Source: Candidatus Saccharimonadales bacterium (GTDB taxonomy: Bacteria; Patescibacteriota; Saccharimonadia; Saccharimonadales; Saccharimonadaceae). Taken from it: a DNA stretch of 64,000 nucleotides. The stretch lies in NCBI GenBank assembly GCA_049644865.1, contig JBARSV010000019.1, forward strand, positions 31,196 through 95,195, given 5' to 3'. The notes under the pieces are model-generated. The model was not told where the DNA came from. It ran no database searches and was given only the letters and a program-made list of their open reading frames with translations. The first letter of the stretch is position 1. Every line of letters begins with the position of its first letter. Both the position numbers and the translations under genes were made by a program. This document shows, piece by piece, positions 49,487 through 58,794 of the stretch.

Positions 49487-50746
49487 ATGGTACAAAAATA
49501 TACATTTCCAAAACGGTTTTTGTGGGGCGCGGCGACCAGTGCGCATCAAGTTGAGGGTGGTAATCACAATCAATGGAGCGTATCGGAGTTGGAGCACGCC
49601 AAATCGCGCGCCAAACAGGCTGAATACAAGCTAAATTATTTACCTGATTGGGACGAGATCAAGCGTGATGCCACGCGGCCGAGCAATTATGTTTCTGGCA
49701 AAGCGGTTGACCATTATCATCGCTACGAGCAGGATTTCGATATACTGACGAAGCTTCATATGAATGCGTTTCGTTTTAGTATCGAATGGTCGCGGATCGA
49801 ACCCGAAGAAGGCAAGTGGGATATGACAGAAATCGAACATTATCGAGCATATCTTTCCGCACTACAGGAGCGTGGGGTTGAGCCACTCGTCACATTGTTT
49901 CACTGGTCAATGCCAGTCTGGTTTGCCGAAAAAGGAGGGTTTGAAAAACGAGCAAATATACATTATTTTGTTCGTTTTGCCGAAAAGGTACTTCATGAAT
50001 ATGAGTCGAGCATTCGCTTAGTCTGTACGTTTAATGAGCCGGAAGTTTATGTAGGCCAAGGGTGGATGAGCGAAGGTGAGTGGCCACCACACAAACATAG
50101 CAATTATTTACTCAGTGCATGGACATACTACAATATTACCGTTGCACACAACCGCGTCGTGCGGAGTGGTCGCCGTATAAGCCGTCGCTTTAAATTTAGC
50201 GTCAGCAAAAACTGCAGCCACCACTATGCCGGAGACGATAAGTGGTCATCAAAATTAGTAGTTTGGGCGTTTCGTTATGTCGGGGATTACTGGTTTCTGA
50301 GTCGCATCCGCCGTCATATGGATTGGCTTGGACTGAATTATTATTTTGCCAATCGATATGAAAATGGTCGCATACGAAACCTTAACGAGCGTATCAGTGA
50401 CCTCGGGTGGGAGATGCGTCCAGGTGATGTGCAATTCGTTTTGGAACGATTGTATAAAAAATACAAAAAACCAATCATTATCACCGAAAGTGGCGTGGCA
50501 GATCGTGGCGACCGTTATCGTCGCTGGTGGATTGCGCACACAATTGACGCTATATATAAAGCAATGAAAAATGGGGCGAAAATCGAGGGTTATCTCCACT
50601 GGAGCTTGCTCGATAACTTTGAGTGGGCATATGGCAAATGGCCTCGTTTTGGATTGGTAGAGGTTGATTATACGACACTGGCGCGGACGCCTCGGCCGAG
50701 TGCGCTATGGTTCGGTAAGGTAATTAAGAAACTTCGAGGAGTATAG
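49487..50746 (+). CDS. glycoside hydrolase family 1 (beta-glucosidase-type)
   Basis: 419 aa from ATG 49487; FLWGAATSAHQVEGG, acid/base TFNEP, nucleophile ITESG. Confidence 0.88.
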   Translation: MVQKYTFPKRFLWGAATSAHQVEGGNHNQWSVSELEHAKSRAKQAEYKLNYLPDWDEIKRDATRPSNYVSGKAVDHYHRYEQDFDILTKLHMNAFRFSIEWSRIEPEEGKWDMTEIEHYRAYLSALQERGVEPLVTLFHWSMPVWFAEKGGFEKRANIHYFVRFAEKVLHEYESSIRLVCTFNEPEVYVGQGWMSEGEWPPHKHSNYLLSAWTYYNITVAHNRVVRSGRRISRRFKFSVSKNCSHHYAGDDKWSSKLVVWAFRYVGDYWFLSRIRRHMDWLGLNYYFANRYENGRIRNLNERISDLGWEMRPGDVQFVLERLYKKYKKPIIITESGVADRGDRYRRWWIAHTIDAIYKAMKNGAKIEGYLHWSLLDNFEWAYGKWPRFGLVEVDYTTLARTPRPSALWFGKVIKKLRGV

Positions 50747-51745
50747 ATGAAGCAAACGATTAACGGTCCGAAAGTGGTGGTGATCGGTGGGGGGACGGGC
50801 AGTTTTACGCTGCTGAGCGGACTCAAACAATACGTGCGTGATATCACGGCACTTGTTAATATGGCCGATGATGGTGGTAGTACAGGTCAACTGCGCGATG
50901 AGTACGGCGTGCTTCCACCAGGGGACGTGCGACAATGTCTGGTTGCGCTCAGTGACAATCCAAAAGTTCGTGACTTGTTTAATTACCGTTTCGAGGATAA
51001 TACACTAAAAGGCCACGCATTTGGTAATTTATTTTTGACAGCGCTTGAAAAGATGACAGGCAGCTTCGCAGAAGCCGTAGAGTTAGCAGGAAAGGTATTA
51101 AATATTACTGGTACTGTTGAGCCTATAACACTCACGAATGTGACCTTATGTGCAGAAGGCGACGATATGCAACCCGTCCGTGGCGAGTATACAATTGCTC
51201 ATGCCGCTATCGCGTCTCGTCCACGAATATGGCTTGAGCCGTCGGCTGTCGCAAACCCAGCAGCACTATCGGCCATCGCCGAGGCCGACATAGTTGTGAT
51301 TGCACCGGGCAATTTGTATGGTAGTCTTGCACCGGCCTTGGTTGTGCCTGGTATCGGGCAATCGCTTATGGAGACGGCTGCCACAAAAGTCTATGTATGT
51401 AATCTGGTAACGAAACCGGGCCCGACACAGCAATTCAAGGTACATGATTTTGCTGATGAGATAGAACGCTTGGCTGGTTACGAGATGCTTGATTATGTCA
51501 TATACAACACTGACATGCCGTCAGATTCACTCATGAGTAGATATGCCAAAGATGGTGAGTTTGCCGTCGCCATAGATAACGATGTATTATCAAGCCGACA
51601 CTACAAGGCTAAAGGAGCTCCGATTTTGGCCCACGCTGCTTGGGGTGGAGCGCAAACGAGCGATCCATTAGTCGCAACTCGTAGTTTTATTCGGCATAAT
51701 TCTGACGCTGTTGCCAGACAGCTGATGAGGATATATTTTGCATGA
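50747..51745 (+). CDS. yvcK: YvcK / CofD-like (gluconeogenesis factor family)
   Basis: 332 aa; VVVIGGGTGSFTLLSGLK, ADDGGSTGQLR motifs. Confidence 0.85.
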   Translation: MKQTINGPKVVVIGGGTGSFTLLSGLKQYVRDITALVNMADDGGSTGQLRDEYGVLPPGDVRQCLVALSDNPKVRDLFNYRFEDNTLKGHAFGNLFLTALEKMTGSFAEAVELAGKVLNITGTVEPITLTNVTLCAEGDDMQPVRGEYTIAHAAIASRPRIWLEPSAVANPAALSAIAEADIVVIAPGNLYGSLAPALVVPGIGQSLMETAATKVYVCNLVTKPGPTQQFKVHDFADEIERLAGYEMLDYVIYNTDMPSDSLMSRYAKDGEFAVAIDNDVLSSRHYKAKGAPILAHAAWGGAQTSDPLVATRSFIRHNSDAVARQLMRIYFA

Positions 51746-52452
51746 CCAATGAACCGTATGTACATACTTTGATTGTTGACTTAGATCGTTGTTTGATCGA
51801 TAGCAATGTTATGCAACGGGCTCTTGAGGACGCGTATGTGAGAGTTGTCGGCAGCGAAGCGACATTGCTCCGTCAAATTGAGCAGGTTGTGTCGCAAAGC
51901 GGCGGGTCGTTTGATATGGTGACGGCGTTGAGTGAGCAGGTAACGACTGAACAGCTTTCCGATATCAAACAACGCTTTCTTGATGCGATTCAGTATGACG
52001 AAGCTATCTACGAGACTGGTGCAAAACAATTTTTACGCACGCTGCGCGATCAGCAGAAACCTTTTTTTATCATGACGTATGGTGGCGAGGAGTGGCAAAA
52101 TTGGAAGATGGCAGCTGCACATGTACTTGACGTACCACATATTATCTTAGGTTCAAAAGATAAAGGTGTCTATATCACGAATCATTACGACGCGTTTGGC
52201 TCGTGTTACGCTTTTGACGATATCGCGATGCACGAGGGTCCATGGTATACCCAGTCTCTTACGTTGCTCGACGATAAGGCAATTAGCTTTTCTGGACTCA
52301 ACGCACCTCGATCAAACGGTTACTGGTATTGGCCACGAGATCGAGAATTGTTGGCGACACAGTCGATAGGCCAAGATAGGTTACCGGCAACAGTGAGGAA
52401 AGTGGCAAGTTTTCAAGAAGTAATCGATTGTCTGGAGGGTATGACACAATGA
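51742..52452 (+). CDS. HAD-superfamily-like hydrolase
   Basis: 236 aa; LIVDLDRCLIDS (DxD-type motif I); ATGA overlap with yvcK. Confidence 0.5.
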   Translation: MTNEPYVHTLIVDLDRCLIDSNVMQRALEDAYVRVVGSEATLLRQIEQVVSQSGGSFDMVTALSEQVTTEQLSDIKQRFLDAIQYDEAIYETGAKQFLRTLRDQQKPFFIMTYGGEEWQNWKMAAAHVLDVPHIILGSKDKGVYITNHYDAFGSCYAFDDIAMHEGPWYTQSLTLLDDKAISFSGLNAPRSNGYWYWPRDRELLATQSIGQDRLPATVRKVASFQEVIDCLEGMTQ

Positions 52453-53282
52453 AATGTACAAAAGCAATTTTTGCTGTCGCGGGGTATGGTACTCGGCGTT
52501 TACCGGTAGCGAAAGCGGTTGAAAAATGTATGTTACCGTTACTGAACCGACCGATTATCGATTATGGTGTGCAAGATTGTATACAAGCCGGAGTGACAGA
52601 TATATATTTTGTTGTGAGTGGCGATGCTAGGCAATTACGTGATTATTATGAGCGTCAGCCAGTCATTGAAGACTATCTGCGCGCTAAGGGGAAGGGTGAT
52701 CTGATAGCGGCGATTACACCACCAGAGCACGTGACATTTCATTATATTTCTCAAGACCTTTCTGATGGAAGATACGGTACTTCGATTCCTGTATGGCTAT
52801 GTAGAGACTATGTCGAACCAGATGAACATGTCTTGATTATTATGGGTGACCAAACGCTCTATCGCACCGATGGTGGATCAGAGTCGGCTGATCTTAAGCG
52901 ATTGGTTGAGGAGCAGGGTGCAGATGGTGGTTTGATTGGCAACCCAATACCTTGGGAACAAATAGACCAGTTTGGCGTTATTGTAACTGATGAAAATGGT
53001 AATTATCGTCGCATTGTTGAGCATCCAAAACCGGGTGAGGTCAACACCAACCTTAATAATTCTAGTATGTATGTATTACCAGCAGAGTTTTTCGCGTATC
53101 TTGATCGACAAATTGCGTCCCAGGAGACATCGAACGGGGAATACTACATAGTCACAGCACTCAATGATATGGTGGCTGACGGTCACACAATAGCAGTCCG
53201 CACGTCTACTGGTGAGTATCTCGAGTGTGGGTCGCTTGCCAACTGGGTTCATGCCAACAGCTGGTTACTTGACCATGCATAA
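52449..53282 (+). CDS. galU: sugar-1-phosphate nucleotidyltransferase, GalU-like
   Basis: 277 aa from ATG 52449 (ATGA overlap); AVAGYGTRRLPVAKAVEKCMLP. Confidence 0.78.
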   Translation: MKCTKAIFAVAGYGTRRLPVAKAVEKCMLPLLNRPIIDYGVQDCIQAGVTDIYFVVSGDARQLRDYYERQPVIEDYLRAKGKGDLIAAITPPEHVTFHYISQDLSDGRYGTSIPVWLCRDYVEPDEHVLIIMGDQTLYRTDGGSESADLKRLVEEQGADGGLIGNPIPWEQIDQFGVIVTDENGNYRRIVEHPKPGEVNTNLNNSSMYVLPAEFFAYLDRQIASQETSNGEYYIVTALNDMVADGHTIAVRTSTGEYLECGSLANWVHANSWLLDHA

Positions 53283-53325
53283 GCGTCTCCTTGACTAATA
53301 ATAATGCTTGTGTATACAATGAGGC

Positions 53326-53508
53326 ATGAAAAAGAAAACCTCTCCGAAAACACCAAAACAGCTCCTGTCGTTCGCGCAAACCAATAATGATCTTAAGAAC
53401 TCGGTACTACTCGTATCTTTACTTCTCAACTTGATTGTTTTGACGACATGGCTTGTCGTTAAGATTGATCACGGCTATGTCAATCAACTGAACTGGCTGA
53501 TTAAATAA
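53326..53508 (+). CDS. hypothetical small membrane protein (60 aa)
   Basis: Basic N-terminus plus one hydrophobic helix. Confidence 0.4.
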   Translation: MKKKTSPKTPKQLLSFAQTNNDLKNSVLLVSLLLNLIVLTTWLVVKIDHGYVNQLNWLIK

Positions 53509-53533
53509 CCTTCTCACTTACCCTTGTCTAAGG

Positions 53534-53561
53534 CTCCGCACTCGTTGTGCGGAGTTTTCTT
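53534..53561 (+). terminator. Rho-independent terminator
   Basis: CTCCGCAC-TCGTT-GTGCGGAG followed by TTTTCTT. Confidence 0.75.
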
Positions 53562-53581
53562 ATCCACAAAACTGTGGATAA
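53560..53581. promoter_or_regulatory. two perfect DnaA-box 9-mers in inverted orientation
   Basis: TTATCCACA (53560-53568) - AAAC - TGTGGATAA (53573-53581). Confidence 0.6.
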
Positions 53582-53615
53582 GTGACACGATAGAGCAAAA
53601 TGATCAAAAATGTAC

Positions 53616-53656
53616 TTGCAGTGGGTAGAAGTGGGTAGTAGTATAGGGGTAGTGGA
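53616..53656 (+). promoter_or_regulatory. Pmra-type promoter (TTGCAG-N17-TAGTAT) overlapped by GTGG(G) direct repeats (candidate MraZ operator)
   Basis: GTGGG at 53621 and 53631 (10-bp spacing), GTGGA at 53652; -35 at 53616-53621, -10 at 53639-53644. Confidence 0.55.
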
Positions 53657-53715
53657 TTGAAAAACAAAAAACCACTGGCACCAATAAAAAACATCAACCA
53701 TAACGCTCGGGGACT

Positions 53716-54078
53716 ATGAGCACAACTGATTATTTCGAACGTAAGCTTGACGATAAGCGGCGGTTAACAATACCTGCTGAACTTCGTGCTGAGTTTGAAA
53801 GTGGTATTGTGATCACCCGGGGATTTCGCGACTACCTGCACCTATATGCGGCATCGGTCTGGCAGACCGACGTCGAAGCAGCGCTGGCTGGCGATATTCT
53901 CAACGAGCAAATCGCTGATCTCAACGTACAATTTCGTACTGGCAAGGTTGGCGGTGATATGGACGACAAGCAGGGACGAATTACCATCGAGCAACATCTG
54001 CTTGACTATGCCGGTATCGACCGTGATGTCGTCGTTGTCCGCGCTGGAAAATACTGGCGCATTAGTGCCGCACGTTAA
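53716..54078 (+). CDS. mraZ: transcriptional regulator MraZ
   Basis: 120 aa; two DxxxR-type motifs (LDDKRRLTIP, MDDKQGRITI). Confidence 0.85.
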   Translation: MSTTDYFERKLDDKRRLTIPAELRAEFESGIVITRGFRDYLHLYAASVWQTDVEAALAGDILNEQIADLNVQFRTGKVGGDMDDKQGRITIEQHLLDYAGIDRDVVVVRAGKYWRISAAR

Positions 54079-54359
54079 TAATTAGGCGAATAGATCACGG
54101 AATTTACCGATTTCGTGAGGTCAACTATCTGATAGTTAGGGGGTGAAGCAATCGATGACACTTAAAATAATTCGATCGTACCTCCAATCAACAACAACAC
54201 ACCTCCCAAAAAACTCCACCTCACATTCGTTATCTCGCGTCGCCCCGCGACGCATAACGAACACACATAAGTCTCTCACTTGTCAAAGGAGAACTTAGGT
54301 AACCCTTCTCCGAGGGTTTTATCGTCCGCTTTTAAAGCGGACACACCACAACAACTCCA

Positions 54360-54388
54360 TTGACAAACTACTAAAACAAACACATACT
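54360..54388 (+). promoter_or_regulatory. internal promoter TTGACA-N17-CATACT ahead of rsmH
   Basis: -35 at 54360-54365, -10 at 54383-54388. Confidence 0.45.
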
Positions 54389-54427
54389 GCGAAAACAAAA
54401 ACCTTAGCTATCAGTTAGGTGACCTCA

Positions 54428-55375
54428 ATGAAAAATATACCACCACAACAACTCCATACATCTACACAATCATCCCGTTTGATAATGAAGGATGATTTGT
54501 TACACATACCAGTTCTGCTCAAGGACGTGGTACGTTTGCTGAGCCCACAGCCCGGCGAAGCGTATCTTGATTTGACAGCAGGGTATGGCGGCCACGCATC
54601 GAAAATTATTGATGTTGTTGGCGCGCCTGCCGCCACACTGGTCGATCGCGATGCTAGGGCAATTGCTACCCTCGATGGTTATGGCCAACAGGGCGCGACA
54701 CTCATACGGCGCGATTTTGCGACTGCCGCTCAGCAGCTTGCTGATAGCGGCCAACAATTTGACATGGTATTAGTGGATCTCGGTGTATCGTCACCACAGT
54801 TAGACATGGCAGAGCGAGGCTTTTCGATAAAACGGGACGGCCCCCTCGACATGCGCATGGATGAGTCAAGTACGCGAACAGCGGCAGACATCGTCAATCG
54901 CACAAGCGAGAAGGAACTGGCACGAATTATTGAAACCTACGGTCAAGAGCCGCGAGCTATGGCAGTACGGATTGCACACGCAATACGTCTAAACCGGCCG
55001 CTGCTTACAACCACTCAGCTGGCTGATGTCATACTCAACACTCATCGTGGCTCGTATCAAAAAATACATCCCGCCACGCGCACTTTTCAAGCAATCAGGA
55101 TCGCGCTTAATGATGAGCTGTCTCAGATCGAGGAGCTCATGCCGCTCATACCACACCTGCTAAAACCAGGAGGGCGAGTAGTCGTGATTAGCTTTCATAG
55201 CCTCGAAGACCGGATCGTCAAACGATATTTTGCCGACCAAACCACATCCGGATACGAGGCCAGCATGAAACTGCTTATCAAAAAGCCGATTCTGGGAGCC
55301 GACATACCTCCACTCCACCACGATCACAATCCGCGTGCTCGCAGTGCCATACTGCGTGCCGCTGTGAAAATATAA
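54428..55375 (+). CDS. rsmH: 16S rRNA (cytosine1402-N4)-methyltransferase
   Basis: ATG 54428 preceded by AGGTGA (alternative ATG 54485); HIPVLL, DLGVSSPQLD, ISFHSLEDR motifs. Confidence 0.88.
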   Translation: MKNIPPQQLHTSTQSSRLIMKDDLLHIPVLLKDVVRLLSPQPGEAYLDLTAGYGGHASKIIDVVGAPAATLVDRDARAIATLDGYGQQGATLIRRDFATAAQQLADSGQQFDMVLVDLGVSSPQLDMAERGFSIKRDGPLDMRMDESSTRTAADIVNRTSEKELARIIETYGQEPRAMAVRIAHAIRLNRPLLTTTQLADVILNTHRGSYQKIHPATRTFQAIRIALNDELSQIEELMPLIPHLLKPGGRVVVISFHSLEDRIVKRYFADQTTSGYEASMKLLIKKPILGADIPPLHHDHNPRARSAILRAAVKI

Positions 55376-55608
55376 AAAACAAACAGAAGGGTAGGCGATA
55401 CCATGGCAATCAAAATCGTCAACAAATCCCGAGCAGTTCGCATAACGGTCAATCACCGCTAATCATCGACTGCCCGGGCAAAAACAATAACACTCGTGCG
55501 GAGCACTGCCACGTTGCATCTCCGCAGGAGTGGCGCATGCCGATCTGGTGTCGTTATTGTCTTTGTCGGTCACCCAATACAAACACTAAAACAAAGAGAT
55601 AGCACCAC

Positions 55609-55968
55609 ATGTCTCATTATTACCGCGCGGCTGCACCGGCGTTTGCCTCCCGACAGGAAGCTCGCTGGCGTCGCAACCAAAATACAACGGCATTTGTGTC
55701 TGCCGTGAAGCTCGGACCGATTTCGCATACGATCTTGGTCGCGCTCATGGTGACAGTGCTTGGTTTGATTTACCTGACACAGGTGACACGAACCGGTAGC
55801 TACAGTTATGATATTGATAGCCTCGATACGCGTCTCAGCGCTCTCAAGGCTGAAAAAGAAGATTTGCAAAACGAAAACGCACGTCTCCAGGCTCTTAGCA
55901 CCGTAGCAAACAGTAGTGTCGCCCAGGCTCTCACCGCACCAAACTCGACCGAGTACACACAAAACTAA
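55609..55968 (+). CDS. ftsL: cell-division protein FtsL-like
   Basis: 119 aa; one TM helix then a coiled-coil (LDTRLSALKAEKEDLQNENARLQ); positioned between rsmH and ftsI. Confidence 0.65.
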   Translation: MSHYYRAAAPAFASRQEARWRRNQNTTAFVSAVKLGPISHTILVALMVTVLGLIYLTQVTRTGSYSYDIDSLDTRLSALKAEKEDLQNENARLQALSTVANSSVAQALTAPNSTEYTQN

Positions 55969-55975
55969 TAATCGC

Positions 55976-57730
55976 ATGACAAGATACGTATCACGAGTAC
56001 CATCTCGCTCGACTCTCCTTCGTTGGGGATTGATGGCCGTGATCGCACTCTTCGCTGTGCGATTATTTTATTTGCAGATACTGCGTCATGATTATTACGT
56101 CGGTGAAGCGCGTGCCATACAGGTACAGCCACTGACTATACAGCCGGTTCGTGGCGAAATATATATGACTGACGGCGAGGATATCGTGCCGTTGGTACTC
56201 AATGAAAAGGTATATATCGTGTTTGCCGACCCAGTCGATATAAAAGATAGTGGCAGAACGGCCGATGTGTTACGGCGTTTGATCGGCGGCAATCTTGTCA
56301 AAGATTTTGAACCACTACTGCGTGATGAGACCAAAACAATTCGCTACCGTGTGCTGGCGCGCAATGTCAGTCGAGCACAAGCCGAACTTATACAAAAAGA
56401 AAACCTAGCCGGAATTGGTTTGCAGCAAACAGCTCGTCGCGTCTACCCAGAGGGCTCACTTGCCGCGCAGACACTTGGTTATGTCAATAATGACGGACGG
56501 GGTCAATACGGGCTTGAAGAGTCGCAAAATGATCGTTTGGCTGGGCGTGCTGGCGTACTTGAGACCGTTACCGATGTTCGTAAGATCCCGCTTACTATTG
56601 GCGAGAGCGACATCAATACGCCGGCGGTTGATGGCGACAATCTGGTATTGACGATTGATCGCTCGGTGCAACTGAGGGCTGAGGAGTTACTCAAAATCGG
56701 TCTCGAGAGGGCAAAGGCGACGAAGGGGAGTATTGTCATTATGAACCCACAGACCGGTGCAGTTATGGCGATGGCAAATCTCCCGACCTATGCGCCCGCA
56801 ACGTATTATAACGTCGAAGACTACGCGGTATTTCAAAATAACGTGGTGAGCTACCCCTATGAGAATGGCTCCGTCATCAAGGCACTCAGTATGGGCGCAG
56901 GTCTCGATAGTGGGGCGGTTACGGTGAACTCAACATTTGCCGATGGAAGTGGCTGTACACAGGTTGATGATCGCAAAATTTGTAATGTCGAAGAAGACCC
57001 GCGTCAGGCCTCGGCAACCATGCTCGATACGCTTCGGTACTCACTTAATACCGGCGTAGTTTATATTGCCAAGCGTATGGGTGATGGTGAGGTCAATCGG
57101 ACGGCACGCGATACAATATACCGCTACTTCCATGACAAATATCGCTTTGGGCAACTGACTGGTATCGAACAGGCTGGTGAAGCGCAAGGCACCGTGATAG
57201 CACCCGATCAACAAGAGGGAAATAATGTTCGCTACGCTAATATGATGTTTGGGCAAGGTATGGACTTAACGATGATTCAAACTGCGGCAGCATTTTCGGC
57301 AGAAATCAACGGCGGCACCTACTACAAGCCGCATCTGATTGCCGGACTTCGTAGTGACGATGGCGTGGTCACGAAGCGACCGACGTCAGTTGTTGCAAAA
57401 AACGTATTGTCGGCTGACGCATCGGCCACGGCACGTGATCTGATATGGCAGGGTCGTAAAACTGGTTTTTTTGGTAAAAATGATCGAGAAGGATACAAGG
57501 TTGGTGGCAAAACCGGTACGAGCCAGGTAATAGATCCCAAGACGGGGCAGTATTCTGACGAGAACTCTATAGGTACCTACCTTGGGTTTGGTGGTATCGA
57601 TGAGCCGCGATATGTCATAATGGTACGAGTCGATGATGCCAAAGTCGGCGGCTATGAGGGGACGACGGCTGCTGGGCCAATATTTAACGATATGAATAAC
57701 TGGATGTTGGATAACTATCCACTTCGCTAA
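55976..57730 (+). CDS. ftsI: class B penicillin-binding protein (FtsI/PBP2-type transpeptidase)
   Basis: 584 aa from ATG 55976; SVIK (SxxK), SLN (SxN), KTGT motifs. Confidence 0.88.
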   Translation: MTRYVSRVPSRSTLLRWGLMAVIALFAVRLFYLQILRHDYYVGEARAIQVQPLTIQPVRGEIYMTDGEDIVPLVLNEKVYIVFADPVDIKDSGRTADVLRRLIGGNLVKDFEPLLRDETKTIRYRVLARNVSRAQAELIQKENLAGIGLQQTARRVYPEGSLAAQTLGYVNNDGRGQYGLEESQNDRLAGRAGVLETVTDVRKIPLTIGESDINTPAVDGDNLVLTIDRSVQLRAEELLKIGLERAKATKGSIVIMNPQTGAVMAMANLPTYAPATYYNVEDYAVFQNNVVSYPYENGSVIKALSMGAGLDSGAVTVNSTFADGSGCTQVDDRKICNVEEDPRQASATMLDTLRYSLNTGVVYIAKRMGDGEVNRTARDTIYRYFHDKYRFGQLTGIEQAGEAQGTVIAPDQQEGNNVRYANMMFGQGMDLTMIQTAAAFSAEINGGTYYKPHLIAGLRSDDGVVTKRPTSVVAKNVLSADASATARDLIWQGRKTGFFGKNDREGYKVGGKTGTSQVIDPKTGQYSDENSIGTYLGFGGIDEPRYVIMVRVDDAKVGGYEGTTAAGPIFNDMNNWMLDNYPLR

Positions 57731-57748
57731 CACCAAAAAAGGGGAACC

Positions 57749-58792
57749 ATGACGGACATCACTATTTCGCAGCTCACCACCTCGCTGATTACGCTGGTGC
57801 TTCTGGCTCTCGCATCATTGTTTTTGTCGGTAGTTATGACGCCGATCTATACGTATTTTGCCTATCGGTATCGATTTTGGAAACGCCAGCGCTCAACCAG
57901 CACAACGGGAGAAGAGCTAACTGTTTTTACCAAGTTGCATGCTGAGAAGTTTCAACGTAACATTCCGACGATGGCCGGACTAATTATCGTGATAGCAGTG
58001 TCGGTCGTGACGTTACTATTTAATCTTGATCGTGAGCAAACCTGGTTACCGCTGGCAGCGCTGATTGGCGGGGCGATGGTCGGGTTGATTGACGATATTA
58101 TCAATATTCGTGGCAAAAAACTTGGCGTGGCTGGCATGCGATCAGGGCTTAAATTTGCTATGATTACCGCTGTTGCAGTCGTAGGCGCATGGTTCTTTTA
58201 CTATCGAATTGGGGGTGATTACTCTCAGATACATGTACCGTTTTTTGGACCACTCGAGCTCGGTTGGCTGATTATGCCGCTCTTTATCATGGCGGTTGTC
58301 AGCGCCAGTAATGCTGTCAACATCAGTGATGGCCTCGATGGCTTAGCGGGTGGTTTGCTTGCATCGGCATACTCGATATTTGCAGTGATAGCGCTACTGC
58401 GAGGTGATGAAGGGATTGCAGGATTTTGCTTTACGATACTCGGCGCTTTGCTGAGCTATCTGTGGTTCAATGTTCACCCGGCACGGTTTTTTATGGGAGA
58501 TGTCGGGAGTTTTGCACTGGGAACGGCGCTGGGCGTTGTAGCTATGTTGACTGACTCGATCTTACTTTTACCGATCATTGGTCTCGTGTTTGTGATTGAG
58601 GCCGGCACGAGCATGCTCCAGATATTGAGCAAGCGAATTCTGGGGCGTAAGATTTGGCTTTCGGCACCGATACATCATCATCTCGAAGCAATAGGGTGGC
58701 CAGAGAGCAAAGTCACCATGCGTTTTTGGATCATCGGCAATGTAGTCGGATTTGTCGGCTTGCTGTTAGCACTTGCGGGAGGGCATATTTAA
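57749..58792 (+). CDS. mraY: phospho-N-acetylmuramoyl-pentapeptide transferase
   Basis: 347 aa; NAVNISDGLDGLAGG, HHHLE motifs. Confidence 0.93.
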   Translation: MTDITISQLTTSLITLVLLALASLFLSVVMTPIYTYFAYRYRFWKRQRSTSTTGEELTVFTKLHAEKFQRNIPTMAGLIIVIAVSVVTLLFNLDREQTWLPLAALIGGAMVGLIDDIINIRGKKLGVAGMRSGLKFAMITAVAVVGAWFFYYRIGGDYSQIHVPFFGPLELGWLIMPLFIMAVVSASNAVNISDGLDGLAGGLLASAYSIFAVIALLRGDEGIAGFCFTILGALLSYLWFNVHPARFFMGDVGSFALGTALGVVAMLTDSILLLPIIGLVFVIEAGTSMLQILSKRILGRKIWLSAPIHHHLEAIGWPESKVTMRFWIIGNVVGFVGLLLALAGGHI

Positions 58793-58794
58793 CG

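Noticed and set aside
53560-53581. Replication origin (oriC) at the DnaA-box pair
   Set aside because: There are only two boxes, no AT-rich unwinding element or box cluster, and no dnaA/dnaN nearby. I treat it as a regulatory or titration site instead.
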